This document shows positions 19,212-28,286 of a stretch of DNA of 64,000 nt, one piece after another (positions within the stretch are counted from its first letter, which is position 1; every line of letters begins with the position of its first letter). A model generated the notes under the pieces. That model ran no database searches. It saw nothing but the letters and a program-made list of their open reading frames with translations, and had not been told where the DNA came from. The translations under genes and the position numbers were made by a program. The stretch covers positions 9,904-73,903 of the forward strand of contig NZ_JBNATW010000009.1 in NCBI RefSeq assembly GCF_049701175.1, in the 5' to 3' direction. This DNA is from Thermovenabulum sp. GTDB taxonomy: Bacteria; Bacillota; Thermosediminibacteria; Thermosediminibacterales; Thermosediminibacteraceae.

Positions 19212-19957
19212 AATCCGCCCCCTTTTGTGAGCACTTTCTCAGCAATCTCAAGGTCGCTCAACTTGTCCACATCCGTTCCTATCTCCGGATAATCGCTTAT
19301 AATAGCCTTTGCTTTAATACCAAAAAGTTCAAGCACCCTTTTTTCTAATTCCTCAATCTTTAAGGTGCCGAACAAAAACTTTAATAAAAAAACAGAACCA
19401 AAAATCATAGCCAATTTTAGTGGATTTTTTCTGTATTTAAAAAAAGACTCCACTTTGTCTACCGCATTTACAACCTTTTCTATTTTAATATAAACCACAT
19501 TCCCACCTGTAAAGGTGCCTTCTTTAACCTTTACATATGTCCTTTTGACTCCGGGGAATTTTTTGTCATTGATTTCTTTTCTAACTATCGGATAGCAAAA
19601 ATCTGCACCGGATTTTTTAGCTTTATCTATAAAATCTTCCAATGCCTCCTTAGTAATCATGGGAATATCGGAAGTCAAAACGAGAATCTCCTCTTCCTTT
19701 GGAAAAATTGAGAGACCTTTCTTAACATTTTCAAAAAGCGAACCTTCCTCCTCCACAACACTGAAAAGCCCCCTGGAAATTCCTTCGAGCCTTTTAGGAC
19801 CTATTGCAACAATTTCATCTATATCTTTAATGGTTTTTAGAACTTCTGCAATATACAATATCATTTCCTTTTCGCCAATTTTTATCAAGGCTTTATTATC
19901 CCCTTTATCCTTTAAACTTTCATCGGTGCTACCCCCTGCAAGTATTAAAGCCTTCAT
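19208..19957 (-). CDS. MobA-like / NTP-transferase family nucleotidyltransferase
   Basis: N-terminal LILAGGS...nucleotide-binding motif; substrate unknown. Confidence 0.55.
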   Translation of the reverse strand: MKALILAGGSTDESLKDKGDNKALIKIGEKEMILYIAEVLKTIKDIDEIVAIGPKRLEGISRGLFSVVEEEGSLFENVKKGLSIFPKEEEILVLTSDIPMITKEALEDFIDKAKKSGADFCYPIVRKEINDKKFPGVKRTYVKVKEGTFTGGNVVYIKIEKVVNAVDKVESFFKYRKNPLKLAMIFGSVFLLKFLFGTLKIEELEKRVLELFGIKAKAIISDYPEIGTDVDKLSDLEIAEKVLTKGGGL

Positions 19958-20652
19958 TAAATATCATCTCCAATATCCATTTGTTTTCTCAATATATTCA
20001 TTACATTGTTTTCCACTTTCTCTATATGCTCCTCTGCCAGTTTTTTAGCCTTTTCGACGTTTCTTTCCGATATAGCTTCCACTATTTTTTTGTGTTCCTC
20101 TACCAATTTTTTCAGCCTGCCAGGGTTTTCAAAGGACTGTATTCTGAACCTGTCAATCTGTTCTTTTAAATTATTTATTATCTGCACCAATTTATCGTTC
20201 CTGCTTGCCTTAAAAAGGATATTATGAAATTCCGCATCCTTTTGAATAATGAGATTTAGATCATTTTTTTCTGCAGCATCGTTGATCTCCAAAAGGATCC
20301 TTTCCAAGGCCTCTATTTCCTCATCGGTTATCCTTTCGGCGGCAAGGGCTGCAGCAAGGCCTTCCAAGCTTTGCCTTACCTCAAAGACATCGGCGGCATC
20401 CTTCATAGAAAGCCCCGCTACATAAGCTCCTTTCCTCGGCACCATAACAACAAGCCCCTCGAGTTCCAGCTTCCTTATAGCTTCCCTTACCGGGGTGCGT
20501 GATACCCCCATTTCTTCAGCAAGCTGGACCTCCATCAATCTCTCTCCAGGTTTTAATTCGCCAGAAATTATGGCTTCTCTTAAAGCCTGGAAAACAATTT
20601 CTCTTAGAGGCTTATAATTGTCCAATCTTATAGCTTTAAATTTACCTGCCAA
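19957..20652 (-). CDS. GntR-family transcriptional regulator (FadR/FCD C-terminal type)
   Basis: GntR winged HTH (GERLMEVQLAEEMGVSRTPVREAIRKLELEGLV) and a helical FCD-like C-terminus. Confidence 0.8.
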   Translation of the reverse strand: MAGKFKAIRLDNYKPLREIVFQALREAIISGELKPGERLMEVQLAEEMGVSRTPVREAIRKLELEGLVVMVPRKGAYVAGLSMKDAADVFEVRQSLEGLAAALAAERITDEEIEALERILLEINDAAEKNDLNLIIQKDAEFHNILFKASRNDKLVQIINNLKEQIDRFRIQSFENPGRLKKLVEEHKKIVEAISERNVEKAKKLAEEHIEKVENNVMNILRKQMDIGDDI

Positions 20653-20664
20653 AATTTCCCCTCC

Positions 20665-21519
20665 CTACTGCATTTCGGTTATAATAATCATGCTTTTAAA
20701 TTTTGAAAGTTTTTCAGCGGTTTTTTCCGCATCCCTGCGGTTTTCAAAAATGCCGTATATTGTTGGGCCGCTCCCCGACATTAAACTTCCCAAGGCTCCT
20801 TTTTCCTTCAATTCCCTTTTTATTCCTTCAAGTTCAGGATGCATTTTAAAGGTTACCTCTTCTAAGACATTGCAAAGGCCCTCTGCTATTCCATAAATAT
20901 CATTATTCTTTATTCTTTCTATCATATTTGCAGTATCCGGCCTTTTTTTTATAGTTCCTACATTCAGTCTACTGTATACTTTTTTTGTTGAAACAAAATA
21001 AGGCGGTTTTATCAATAAAACGCCGATGTTTTCGAGTTTGGGAAGTTTTTCCAATTTTTCACCTATGCCTTTTGCAAGGGCTGTGCCACCTATTATTGAA
21101 AAGGGCACATCTGCTCCTATTATTTTACCAAATTCTATTAGTTGTTGAGTGCTCTTTTTTAAATCAAAAAGTTCATTTATGCCAATTATTACAGCAGCAG
21201 CATCGGCACTTCCCCCTGCAAGCCCGGCTGCAACAGGAATATTTTTTGTTATCTCGATTTCTATTCCCGCATCCAGCTTATAGGTTTCCATTAACAGTTT
21301 TGCTGCTTTATATGCCGTATTCTCTTCATTTAGCGGAACCCCAGCCATATCGCAGAATACTCTTATCTCCCTTTGGGGTAGTAATTTTATTTTTACCCTA
21401 TCGCATAAAGAAATTGACTGCATTATCATCTCAACTTCATGGTATCCGTCTTGCCTCTTATAAAGTACATCAAGGGTTAGATTTATCTTTGCCTTTGTCT
21501 CTATTTCAAAATAGTGCAA
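20665..21519 (-). CDS. ispE: 4-diphosphocytidyl-2-C-methyl-D-erythritol kinase
   Basis: GHMP kinase motifs (KINLTLDV, PVAAGLAGGSADAAA). Confidence 0.9.
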   Translation of the reverse strand: MHYFEIETKAKINLTLDVLYKRQDGYHEVEMIMQSISLCDRVKIKLLPQREIRVFCDMAGVPLNEENTAYKAAKLLMETYKLDAGIEIEITKNIPVAAGLAGGSADAAAVIIGINELFDLKKSTQQLIEFGKIIGADVPFSIIGGTALAKGIGEKLEKLPKLENIGVLLIKPPYFVSTKKVYSRLNVGTIKKRPDTANMIERIKNNDIYGIAEGLCNVLEEVTFKMHPELEGIKRELKEKGALGSLMSGSGPTIYGIFENRRDAEKTAEKLSKFKSMIIITEMQ

Positions 21520-21619
21520 ACCTATCCCCGCCCTTTATTCGTCCTAAATATATATTTCACATTTTATTTAAAAATCCTCCTAAAAGATATAATTTAAAAA
21601 AAATATTTAATTAAATAAT

Positions 21620-21649
21620 GTAAAAAAGAGGACCATTTTTGGTCCTCTT
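21620..21649 (-). terminator. rho-independent terminator of the RND/TetR operon
   Basis: AAGAGGACC-attttt-GGTCCTCTT hairpin starting at the TetR stop codon, followed by a T-run on the minus strand. Confidence 0.7.
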
Positions 21650-22235
21650 ATATTTTATCATATCCGCGTAAGAAGATATTAACGATCTTTTCCGAAACTT
21701 CCTCTATATCAAATTCTCTATTGTGGAACACCTTTTCCTGAATCACAGAAATCATCATCCCGAAAAAGCAATAGGCAGCAAGATTTATATCATTGACGTT
21801 TTGTGGGGTTTTCTCCGTGTTTTCAGCAATTATTTTCGAAATAAGGCTTATCACTTTGGTTTTTCTATCGTATATCCATTTCATCGTATTTTCATCAACT
21901 ATACTGCGGTGGCTCGCTATCATCCTTAACACATGACCGTGCTTTTCCATAAAAGAAAAACTGAATTTAACAATCACTTTCAATATCTCTTTAAGATCGG
22001 AATAACCTTTTATTTCATTTTTGATACCATTTAAATAAAAATTCATTCCTTCCTTTATCACCTGTCGGAAAAGGTGTTTTTTACTCTTAAAATACTGGTA
22101 AATAGTGCCCTTGCCTATTCCAGCTTTTTCTGCAATATCCTGCATTTTCGTATTTGGATAACCTTTATTTGAAAATATCGAAGCAGCAGCCTCAAGTATC
22201 GAGGAACGCTTTTCTTCCTGTTTCTCACCTCTCAA
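21648..22235 (-). CDS. TetR/AcrR-family transcriptional regulator
   Basis: TetR HTH (ILEAAASIFSNKGYPNTKMQDIAEKAGIGKGTIYQYFKSK); last gene of the efflux operon. Confidence 0.85.
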   Translation of the reverse strand: MRGEKQEEKRSSILEAAASIFSNKGYPNTKMQDIAEKAGIGKGTIYQYFKSKKHLFRQVIKEGMNFYLNGIKNEIKGYSDLKEILKVIVKFSFSFMEKHGHVLRMIASHRSIVDENTMKWIYDRKTKVISLISKIIAENTEKTPQNVNDINLAAYCFFGMMISVIQEKVFHNREFDIEEVSEKIVNIFLRGYDKI

Positions 22236-22262
22236 AGAATTTCACCCCTGAAAAATGTAATC

Positions 22263-23462
22263 TTATTCTAAACCTTTCCCGGCCCAGTTATCAAGCTGTG
22301 CCCTTGCCACATTATAATCAAAGACAGCAGATGTGTATAAAAGCTCGGCTTGTCTCAAGTTCTCCATTGCTTGAAGCACCTCTGCCATTGTAGCAACCTG
22401 AGATTTATACTTTAGGACAGTTATCCTGTATATCTCCTGTGCTGCCTCCTTTGCCTTTTCTGCTGATTTTAATTTTTCCGCCGCCTCTTTTACTGTCAAA
22501 TGTGCCGACCTTACAGCAAGGGTAATTTGGTCCTCCGCTTCCTTTACTCCTAATATAGCCTTTTCCAGCTCTATTTTAGCCTTTTTATAAGTAAAAGTGT
22601 TTTCAGCGTAGTATTTTAATGCGAGTTTGCAGTTCAGTTCTGCAACTTCCTTCATTTCTCTAACACTTATGACTTCAGGCCTTAGGGCTAAGGCGCTTTT
22701 GACCATTTCTTCAACATCCGGTACCTCAGCAGGTGTATAGGTGAAAGTAGTTGTGAGTTCCAGAGGAGCCGTAAGGCTGCGGCCCATAATTTTGTTGAGG
22801 TTCATTTTTGCAAGTTGGAGGTTTTTTTCTGCAGAAACCTTGTTTGCTTCTGCGCTGGCAACCGCAGATTCTGCCATCAGCACAGAATCCTTCGCCACAA
22901 CGCCGTGCTTATAGCTTTCCTGAGCGTTTTTTAGCTGTTCTTTAGCTCTCTGAAGCTGAACCTCGGCATTTTTCAGGTTGTCCTGGGCTTTCAGCACATT
23001 AAAATACGCTTTTTCCACCTCTATCCTGAGGTTTTGCTCATCAAGTGCAAGGTTCTTCTTTGCTATCAGCTCATTTGCTTCTTTCAACTTGGGAGCCAGG
23101 TCTTTGACCTGTGCTCCCTCAAAGCTGAAAGCTGTTGGAACATAATTTCTCAATATCTTATCATCTCGAATATCTTCTATCTTCTTTGCTTGAAATTCAG
23201 CTTCTTCTCGCTCCACTATTGTTTTTTCGTATTCCTGCCAAGAAATTTTTAAGTTTATATTGTTTTGAAGCGCAGTATTTATGCATTCTTCAAGCGAAAA
23301 GCTTGTTTTTTCTTCAACTTCAGGACTTTCGGACACACTGTTTGCGATTTCGGCTGTATTAGCAGAAACATCTCCGCGAGCTTTGGATTCCGCAAAACCT
23401 GCAAGCGGTATTAAAAAACATAAGACAGCCGCAAGGAAATATATGATTTTTTTATTCTTCAT
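22263..23462 (-). CDS. TolC-family outer-membrane-efflux-protein-like protein
   Basis: Signal peptide; long coiled-coil-rich OEP-type repeats (LEECINTALQNN..., LQRAKEQLKNAQ...). Confidence 0.7.
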   Translation of the reverse strand: MKNKKIIYFLAAVLCFLIPLAGFAESKARGDVSANTAEIANSVSESPEVEEKTSFSLEECINTALQNNINLKISWQEYEKTIVEREEAEFQAKKIEDIRDDKILRNYVPTAFSFEGAQVKDLAPKLKEANELIAKKNLALDEQNLRIEVEKAYFNVLKAQDNLKNAEVQLQRAKEQLKNAQESYKHGVVAKDSVLMAESAVASAEANKVSAEKNLQLAKMNLNKIMGRSLTAPLELTTTFTYTPAEVPDVEEMVKSALALRPEVISVREMKEVAELNCKLALKYYAENTFTYKKAKIELEKAILGVKEAEDQITLAVRSAHLTVKEAAEKLKSAEKAKEAAQEIYRITVLKYKSQVATMAEVLQAMENLRQAELLYTSAVFDYNVARAQLDNWAGKGLE

Positions 23463-23464
23463 TT

Positions 23465-26400
23465 TCAGGACCTCCCTGGTTTTATCAGCTTTAATATCCT
23501 TATTCTTCTTACCACCCTTGCCGACAGGTCTTCAAATATAGAGTAAAGCACAGGCACAACCACAAGGGTCAAAAGGGTTGAGACGGTCAATCCTCCCAGC
23601 ACGGTAACAGCAAGGGGCGCCTGGATTTCACTGCCTTCACCAATTCCAAGAGCAAGGGGTAAAAGGCCGAGAACTGTCGTAAGTGTTGTCATCATGATGG
23701 GCCTGAGCCTTCTTGGGCCGGCTTCAACTATCGCCTCTTTAACCGTCTTTCCTTTTGCCCGCAACTGGTTAATGTAATCCACCAATACAATGGCGTTGTT
23801 AACCGCAATACCGGCCAGCATTATAACACCGATAAATGCAGGCACGCTAAACGCCCTCCTGCTTAAAAGCAGGCCAAATACAACGCCCGTTATGCAGAAC
23901 GGTATTGCAAACATTATGGTAAATGGATGAAGGAGCGACTCGAACTGGGCTGCCATTACTGCATAAACAAGGAATACCGCAAGAAGCAGGGCTTGGAATA
24001 GATCCGCAAACGATTCCATCATTTCTTTATTCTGGCCTTCAAAACTTATACTGTAGCCCTCTGGCAGATTGATTGAAGAAACTGCTGACTTGATGTCATT
24101 TGTTACTTCACCCAAACTCCTCCCGTAAATATCGGCCGTCACATACACTACTCGCTCCTGATCAACACGATTGATCACATTTGGGCCTTCAGTAATCGTA
24201 AATTTAGCTATGTTTCTAAGCGGCACATTGACGCCCGACGGAGACATCAACGTCATCCCTTCAAGGTCTTCAAGGGTTTTCCTTGAAAGCTCATTTAGTT
24301 GGACGTTTACTTCCACCTCTGTCCCGGCAACCCTGTATTTGGTCGCTTCAACTCCGTTTATTGCAATTCTTACTGTTTGCGCCACCTGGCTTGCATCCAG
24401 GCCGTAGTATGAAGCCCTGTCCTTATCAACTTTTATCCGGACTTCAGGTCTCCCTTCATCAATGGATGTCTCAACATCCCTGGTGCCCGGCACTTTTTTG
24501 ACTATAGCTTTAATTTTTTCGGCAAGGCTCTCAAGTGTAGCAAAATCATCTCCCTTTATGGCAATTTGGACTGGTTTACTGCTTCCTGCCATAGCAGAAC
24601 CCATAGTGCTTATCATAGATGCGCTGTTTATCTCGATTTTTGCCCCGGGGACTTCTCCTATTTTTTGCCTGATTTCTTCAACTACATCCTTAGTTGACCT
24701 CTTCCTTTCGCTGACCGGGACAAGGCGCACGTCCATGCTCGCTATCTCGCCGCTTCCACCCGCCCCAAGGAAGCTCCTTTTTGTATCCGTTCCAACCTGT
24801 GAGGAATACATTTGAACTTCTGGTATTGAAGCAACTATATTTTCTATGGATTTAACCAACTCGTCGGTCTTCTCAACTTTTGTGCCAAGAGGATATTCCA
24901 CACTGATTGATATCCTGCCCTCATCGGTCTCCGGGAAAAATTCCGTCCCCACTAAAGGAACCGCCATTATGCTTATAACAAGAAGCACAACAATTGCAAG
25001 TATTACAATCTTCCTGTGCCCCAGGGCCCACGCAAGAAGCTTTCCATACTTTTCATCTACACTATTGTAAAATCTGTCCATTCCATCGAATATTCTGGCA
25101 AGAAAGCCCTCTTTTTTCTCTTCTGCAGGGGTTACTTTGACCAGACGGGAACTCAGCAAAGGTACGATTGTAATCGCAACAATCAGAGAAGACATGAGAG
25201 AGAATGTGATGGTGAGGCTCATTTCCTTGAATACTACTCCTGCCAGTCCTTTTACAAAGACTATCGGTAAAAATACAGCAACTGTAGTCAGTGTCGATGC
25301 CACTATAGCAAGAGTAACCTCACTTGCTCCAACAGATGCCGCTTCCATGCCGTTAAGGCCTAATTCTCTGTGATGATATATGTTTTCAAGCACAACTATG
25401 GAGCTATCCACCAGCATACCTATTCCCAGGGCAAGGCCGCCGAGGGATATGAGGTTTAGCGTAATGCCGCTGAAATACATTACGACAAATGTGGCTATAA
25501 TTGAAATAGGTATTGATATAGCAATAACTACTGTAGACCTGAAATTATGCAGAAAAAGATATAACACTACCACTGCAAGAATAGCGCCAGCCAGTGCATT
25601 TGACTTGACTCTATTTATCGACCTGTTTATAAAGTCCGATTGGTCCAATATTTGATATAGCTCTATGCCCTTCGGAAGCTCTTTTTTAATTGTTTCAAGT
25701 TCTTTTTTTACTCCATTTGCCACCGCAACCGTGTTAGCGTCACTGGATTTTTGTATAAGTATTCTTAATCCTTCATACTTGTTTATTCTGGAATGGGTCT
25801 TTACATCTTCTGTAGCATCTTTAACATTGGCTATATCGCTTAATCTAACTATAGCCCCCTGTCTGTTAGCTACAGGAAGGTTTTTTATTTCATCGACATT
25901 TTCAAATTCGCCCGTAGTCCTCACTATAAGCTCTCTGCTACCGTAATCTACAGTCCCGCCAGGGAGGTTCAGGTTATTTGCTGCTAGTGCCTGCACAACC
26001 TGGCCAATGCTTATCCCGTACCCGTTCATCTTTTGTGGTGAAAGCAGTACCCTTATCTGGCGCTCTACTCCACCCGTAACCTGGACGCTTGCAACTCCCG
26101 CTACCCTCTCAAGCCTTTTTTCTATCATATCTTCAGCAATCTGCTTCATCAAAAGCGGATCTCTGTCACCCGTCATGCCGTAAATAAGCACCGGCATCAT
26201 AGACGGGTCAAACTTAAACACCAGTGGTTCATCTGCATCGTCCGGCAATCTTTTTTTAACCATATCCACTTTCTCTCTTATATCCGTCACCGCTGTATCG
26301 AGGTCTGTCCCCCAGTTGAAACTCACCGTAATCATCGAAACGTTGGCTTCACTTGATGAAGATATGCTTTTTATGTTTTCTACCCCTGCTATTTCTTTTT

Positions 26401-26602
26401 CAATCGGCTTTGTTATCATTGTCTCTATTTCTTCAGAGCTTGCCCCGGGGTATGTTGTTACAATAACGGCCGTCGGAAGCTGTATATCCGGCAGCAAATC
26501 AACCTGCATTTTGCTAAGTGAAACAAATCCGAGAATAAGAACGATAAGTACTACCATGAGTGTTGTTACGGGCCTTTTTATCGCCGTATCCGTAATTCTC
26601 AT
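23465..26602 (-). CDS. RND (AcrB/AcrD/AcrF family) efflux permease
   Basis: 1045 aa with 12-TM RND topology and two large loops; typical N-terminus MRITDTAIKRPVTTLM. Confidence 0.9.
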   Translation of the reverse strand: MRITDTAIKRPVTTLMVVLIVLILGFVSLSKMQVDLLPDIQLPTAVIVTTYPGASSEEIETMITKPIEKEIAGVENIKSISSSSEANVSMITVSFNWGTDLDTAVTDIREKVDMVKKRLPDDADEPLVFKFDPSMMPVLIYGMTGDRDPLLMKQIAEDMIEKRLERVAGVASVQVTGGVERQIRVLLSPQKMNGYGISIGQVVQALAANNLNLPGGTVDYGSRELIVRTTGEFENVDEIKNLPVANRQGAIVRLSDIANVKDATEDVKTHSRINKYEGLRILIQKSSDANTVAVANGVKKELETIKKELPKGIELYQILDQSDFINRSINRVKSNALAGAILAVVVLYLFLHNFRSTVVIAISIPISIIATFVVMYFSGITLNLISLGGLALGIGMLVDSSIVVLENIYHHRELGLNGMEAASVGASEVTLAIVASTLTTVAVFLPIVFVKGLAGVVFKEMSLTITFSLMSSLIVAITIVPLLSSRLVKVTPAEEKKEGFLARIFDGMDRFYNSVDEKYGKLLAWALGHRKIVILAIVVLLVISIMAVPLVGTEFFPETDEGRISISVEYPLGTKVEKTDELVKSIENIVASIPEVQMYSSQVGTDTKRSFLGAGGSGEIASMDVRLVPVSERKRSTKDVVEEIRQKIGEVPGAKIEINSASMISTMGSAMAGSSKPVQIAIKGDDFATLESLAEKIKAIVKKVPGTRDVETSIDEGRPEVRIKVDKDRASYYGLDASQVAQTVRIAINGVEATKYRVAGTEVEVNVQLNELSRKTLEDLEGMTLMSPSGVNVPLRNIAKFTITEGPNVINRVDQERVVYVTADIYGRSLGEVTNDIKSAVSSINLPEGYSISFEGQNKEMMESFADLFQALLLAVFLVYAVMAAQFESLLHPFTIMFAIPFCITGVVFGLLLSRRAFSVPAFIGVIMLAGIAVNNAIVLVDYINQLRAKGKTVKEAIVEAGPRRLRPIMMTTLTTVLGLLPLALGIGEGSEIQAPLAVTVLGGLTVSTLLTLVVVPVLYSIFEDLSARVVRRIRILKLIKPGRS

Positions 26603-26626
26603 GATTTCACCCCACTTGCTAAATCT

Positions 26627-27874
26627 TCATTGAATTTTCACGGTAGAACCTTCCATCAGCATGTTTTGCCCGCTTATCACAACCATTTCGCCTTCATTAA
26701 GGCCTTCCGTTATTTCAACTCTGTCTCCGTTTGTTACTCCGATCTTGACAAGCCGTTCTTCTGCTTTGCCTTCCTTTACAACATATACCACATTGCCATG
26801 TTTTTTAATCAGCACAGCATCCTTTGGAACCGTAATCACATTTTCCTTTATGCCCCTGACGACATTCACACTTGCAAACATGCCGGGCTTTAAGGTGTGA
26901 TCTTTGTTTTCCATCTCGATTTTTACCTTAAAAAGCCTGCTTGAACCCGATGCCGGCGAAATAATGCTTATTTTCCCCTTTATTTTACCTTCATCCCCAA
27001 GGGCATCTATATTCACTGTTGTTTCCTGCCCATCTTTTATTTTATTAATATCCTCTTCAGGCACATCTATAACTACTTTAACTTTATCTATATTAACTAT
27101 TAAACCAAGCGCCGCTCCTGCCTGGCACATTTCCCCGGGATTTATTTGCTTTGATGAAATCATGCCCGATATAGGCGCCCTTATCACCGAATTCTTTATA
27201 TTTGTTTTTATAAGCTCCACCTGAGCCTGTGCCTGAGCAACCTGTGCTCTCAGTGCTTCAATATTTTTGGGCAGGCGCTCTTCGGTCAGCCTCAATTGTT
27301 CTTTTGCGCTTTCATACTGGCTTTTTGCCACTTTATACTTCAGTTCCATGCTGTCGAATGCCTGCTTAGAAATTGCATCCGCCTCATACAGCGCCTTCAT
27401 GCGCTCATAATCAGCCTTGACGTTTAAATAGTTTGCCTCGGCCTGCTCAAAAGCAGACTTTGCCTGCTCAAGCTGCTGAGGCAGCGTCCCCGATTCATTG
27501 GCAGCAAGGTTTGCTTTTGCCGACGCTAAAGCAGCCTCCGCCTGGGAAAGCTGGTCGTACAGTTCATCTGTCTCAAGTATTACGAGAGGCTCTCCTTCTT
27601 TTACGTAATCACCCACTTCAAAATTTACTTCTTTTACCTTTCCTGAAATTTTGCTTACAATTTTGACCTCAACGCCTGCCTCAATCTGGCCCGTAAAAGT
27701 CGCTATGTCTTCTATTTTATCCTTTTTTGTTTTCATCACTTTTACCGGCACTGCTGTATCATTTTTTGCTTCTTCTTTCTTTTTTGAACATCCAGCAAGA
27801 AGGAATATTGACGCCACAAAGAAAATTAGCAATAGCGGAGCTATTATGTTGGTGTTTTTTCTGCAAAACTTCAT
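26627..27874 (-). CDS. efflux RND periplasmic adaptor (membrane fusion protein, HlyD/AcrA family), lipoprotein
   Basis: Lipobox LLAGC, coiled-coil hairpin, beta-barrel C-terminus. I prefer the ATG at 27874 (MKFCRK...) after GGGGTG. Confidence 0.85.
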   Translation of the reverse strand: MKFCRKNTNIIAPLLLIFFVASIFLLAGCSKKKEEAKNDTAVPVKVMKTKKDKIEDIATFTGQIEAGVEVKIVSKISGKVKEVNFEVGDYVKEGEPLVILETDELYDQLSQAEAALASAKANLAANESGTLPQQLEQAKSAFEQAEANYLNVKADYERMKALYEADAISKQAFDSMELKYKVAKSQYESAKEQLRLTEERLPKNIEALRAQVAQAQAQVELIKTNIKNSVIRAPISGMISSKQINPGEMCQAGAALGLIVNIDKVKVVIDVPEEDINKIKDGQETTVNIDALGDEGKIKGKISIISPASGSSRLFKVKIEMENKDHTLKPGMFASVNVVRGIKENVITVPKDAVLIKKHGNVVYVVKEGKAEERLVKIGVTNGDRVEITEGLNEGEMVVISGQNMLMEGSTVKIQ

Positions 27875-27939
27875 AAAATGCACCCCTTTTACTTTTATGT
27901 AATTGTTATTTTTAATTGTTTTTTAGTCATAACAGAACC

Positions 27940-27951
27940 GACCGTTCGGTC
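27940..27951. promoter_or_regulatory. palindrome GACCG-TT-CGGTC overlapping a putative -35/spacer (candidate TetR operator of the RND operon)
   Basis: The minus strand reads TTGACCGAACGGTCGGTTCTGTTATGAC, about 60 nt upstream of the adaptor gene. Confidence 0.4.
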
Positions 27952-28021
27952 AATTTGCCTTTTAAAAAAATATCCCCCCTTTGATTGCTCAAATAATAAA
28001 TCGTTTGCTGCAAAAATCAGA

Positions 28022-28044
28022 CCGAGGTAGCATATCACCCTCGG
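28022..28044 (-). terminator. short GC hairpin with a weak T-tract in the RND operon leader (possible attenuator)
   Basis: CCGAGG-gtgatatgcta-CCTCGG followed by TCTGATTTTTG on the minus strand. Confidence 0.3.
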
Positions 28045-28067
28045 CTTCCCTTATTTTTATTTAAATC

Positions 28068-28094
28068 CTACGGGAGGGAAATAATAAAAAACAT
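28068..28094 (-). other. 8-codon mini-ORF (MFFIISLP-stop) with a good RBS in the RND operon leader
   Basis: AAGGAG, 6 nt, then ATG TTT TTT ATT ATT TCC CTC CCG TAG. It lies between the upstream promoter/operator and the hairpin at 28022-28044. Confidence 0.3.
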
Positions 28095-28108
28095 ACTATA
28101 CTCCTTAT

Positions 28109-28128
28109 GTAAGTGAGTGCTTACTTAC
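28109..28128. promoter_or_regulatory. operator-like palindrome GTAAGTGAGTGCTTACTTAC
   Basis: Arms GTAAGT/ACTTAC. The core AGTGAGTGCTTACT is a one-mismatch copy of the AGTGAGTGCTCACT motif found twice at 44.6 kb. It sits immediately downstream of the -10 at 28130-28135. Confidence 0.4.
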
Positions 28129-28129
28129 T

Positions 28130-28158
28130 ATAATAATAATTTAAAAGTCGCGTGTCAA
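28130..28158 (-). promoter_or_regulatory. putative distal sigma-A promoter of the RND operon leader
   Basis: Minus strand TTGACA, 17 nt, TATTAT. Confidence 0.4.
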
Positions 28159-28227
28159 TAAGCTATATTTATTTTTACCTCTTCTTCTATGCAAGTCAGA
28201 TAATATCTCATTCTTTTTTCCTATCAA

Positions 28228-28272
28228 TATGAAAACCTCTTACAGTAGTTTTTTACTCTACTATAAGAGGTT
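28228..28272 (-). terminator. terminator of the riboswitch-controlled ECF operon
   Basis: 13-bp stem (CCTCTTACAGTAG / CTACTATAAGAGG, one mismatch) with T-runs on both strands, just after the S-component stop. Confidence 0.7.
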
Positions 28273-28286
28273 TTTTGTAAAATCAT

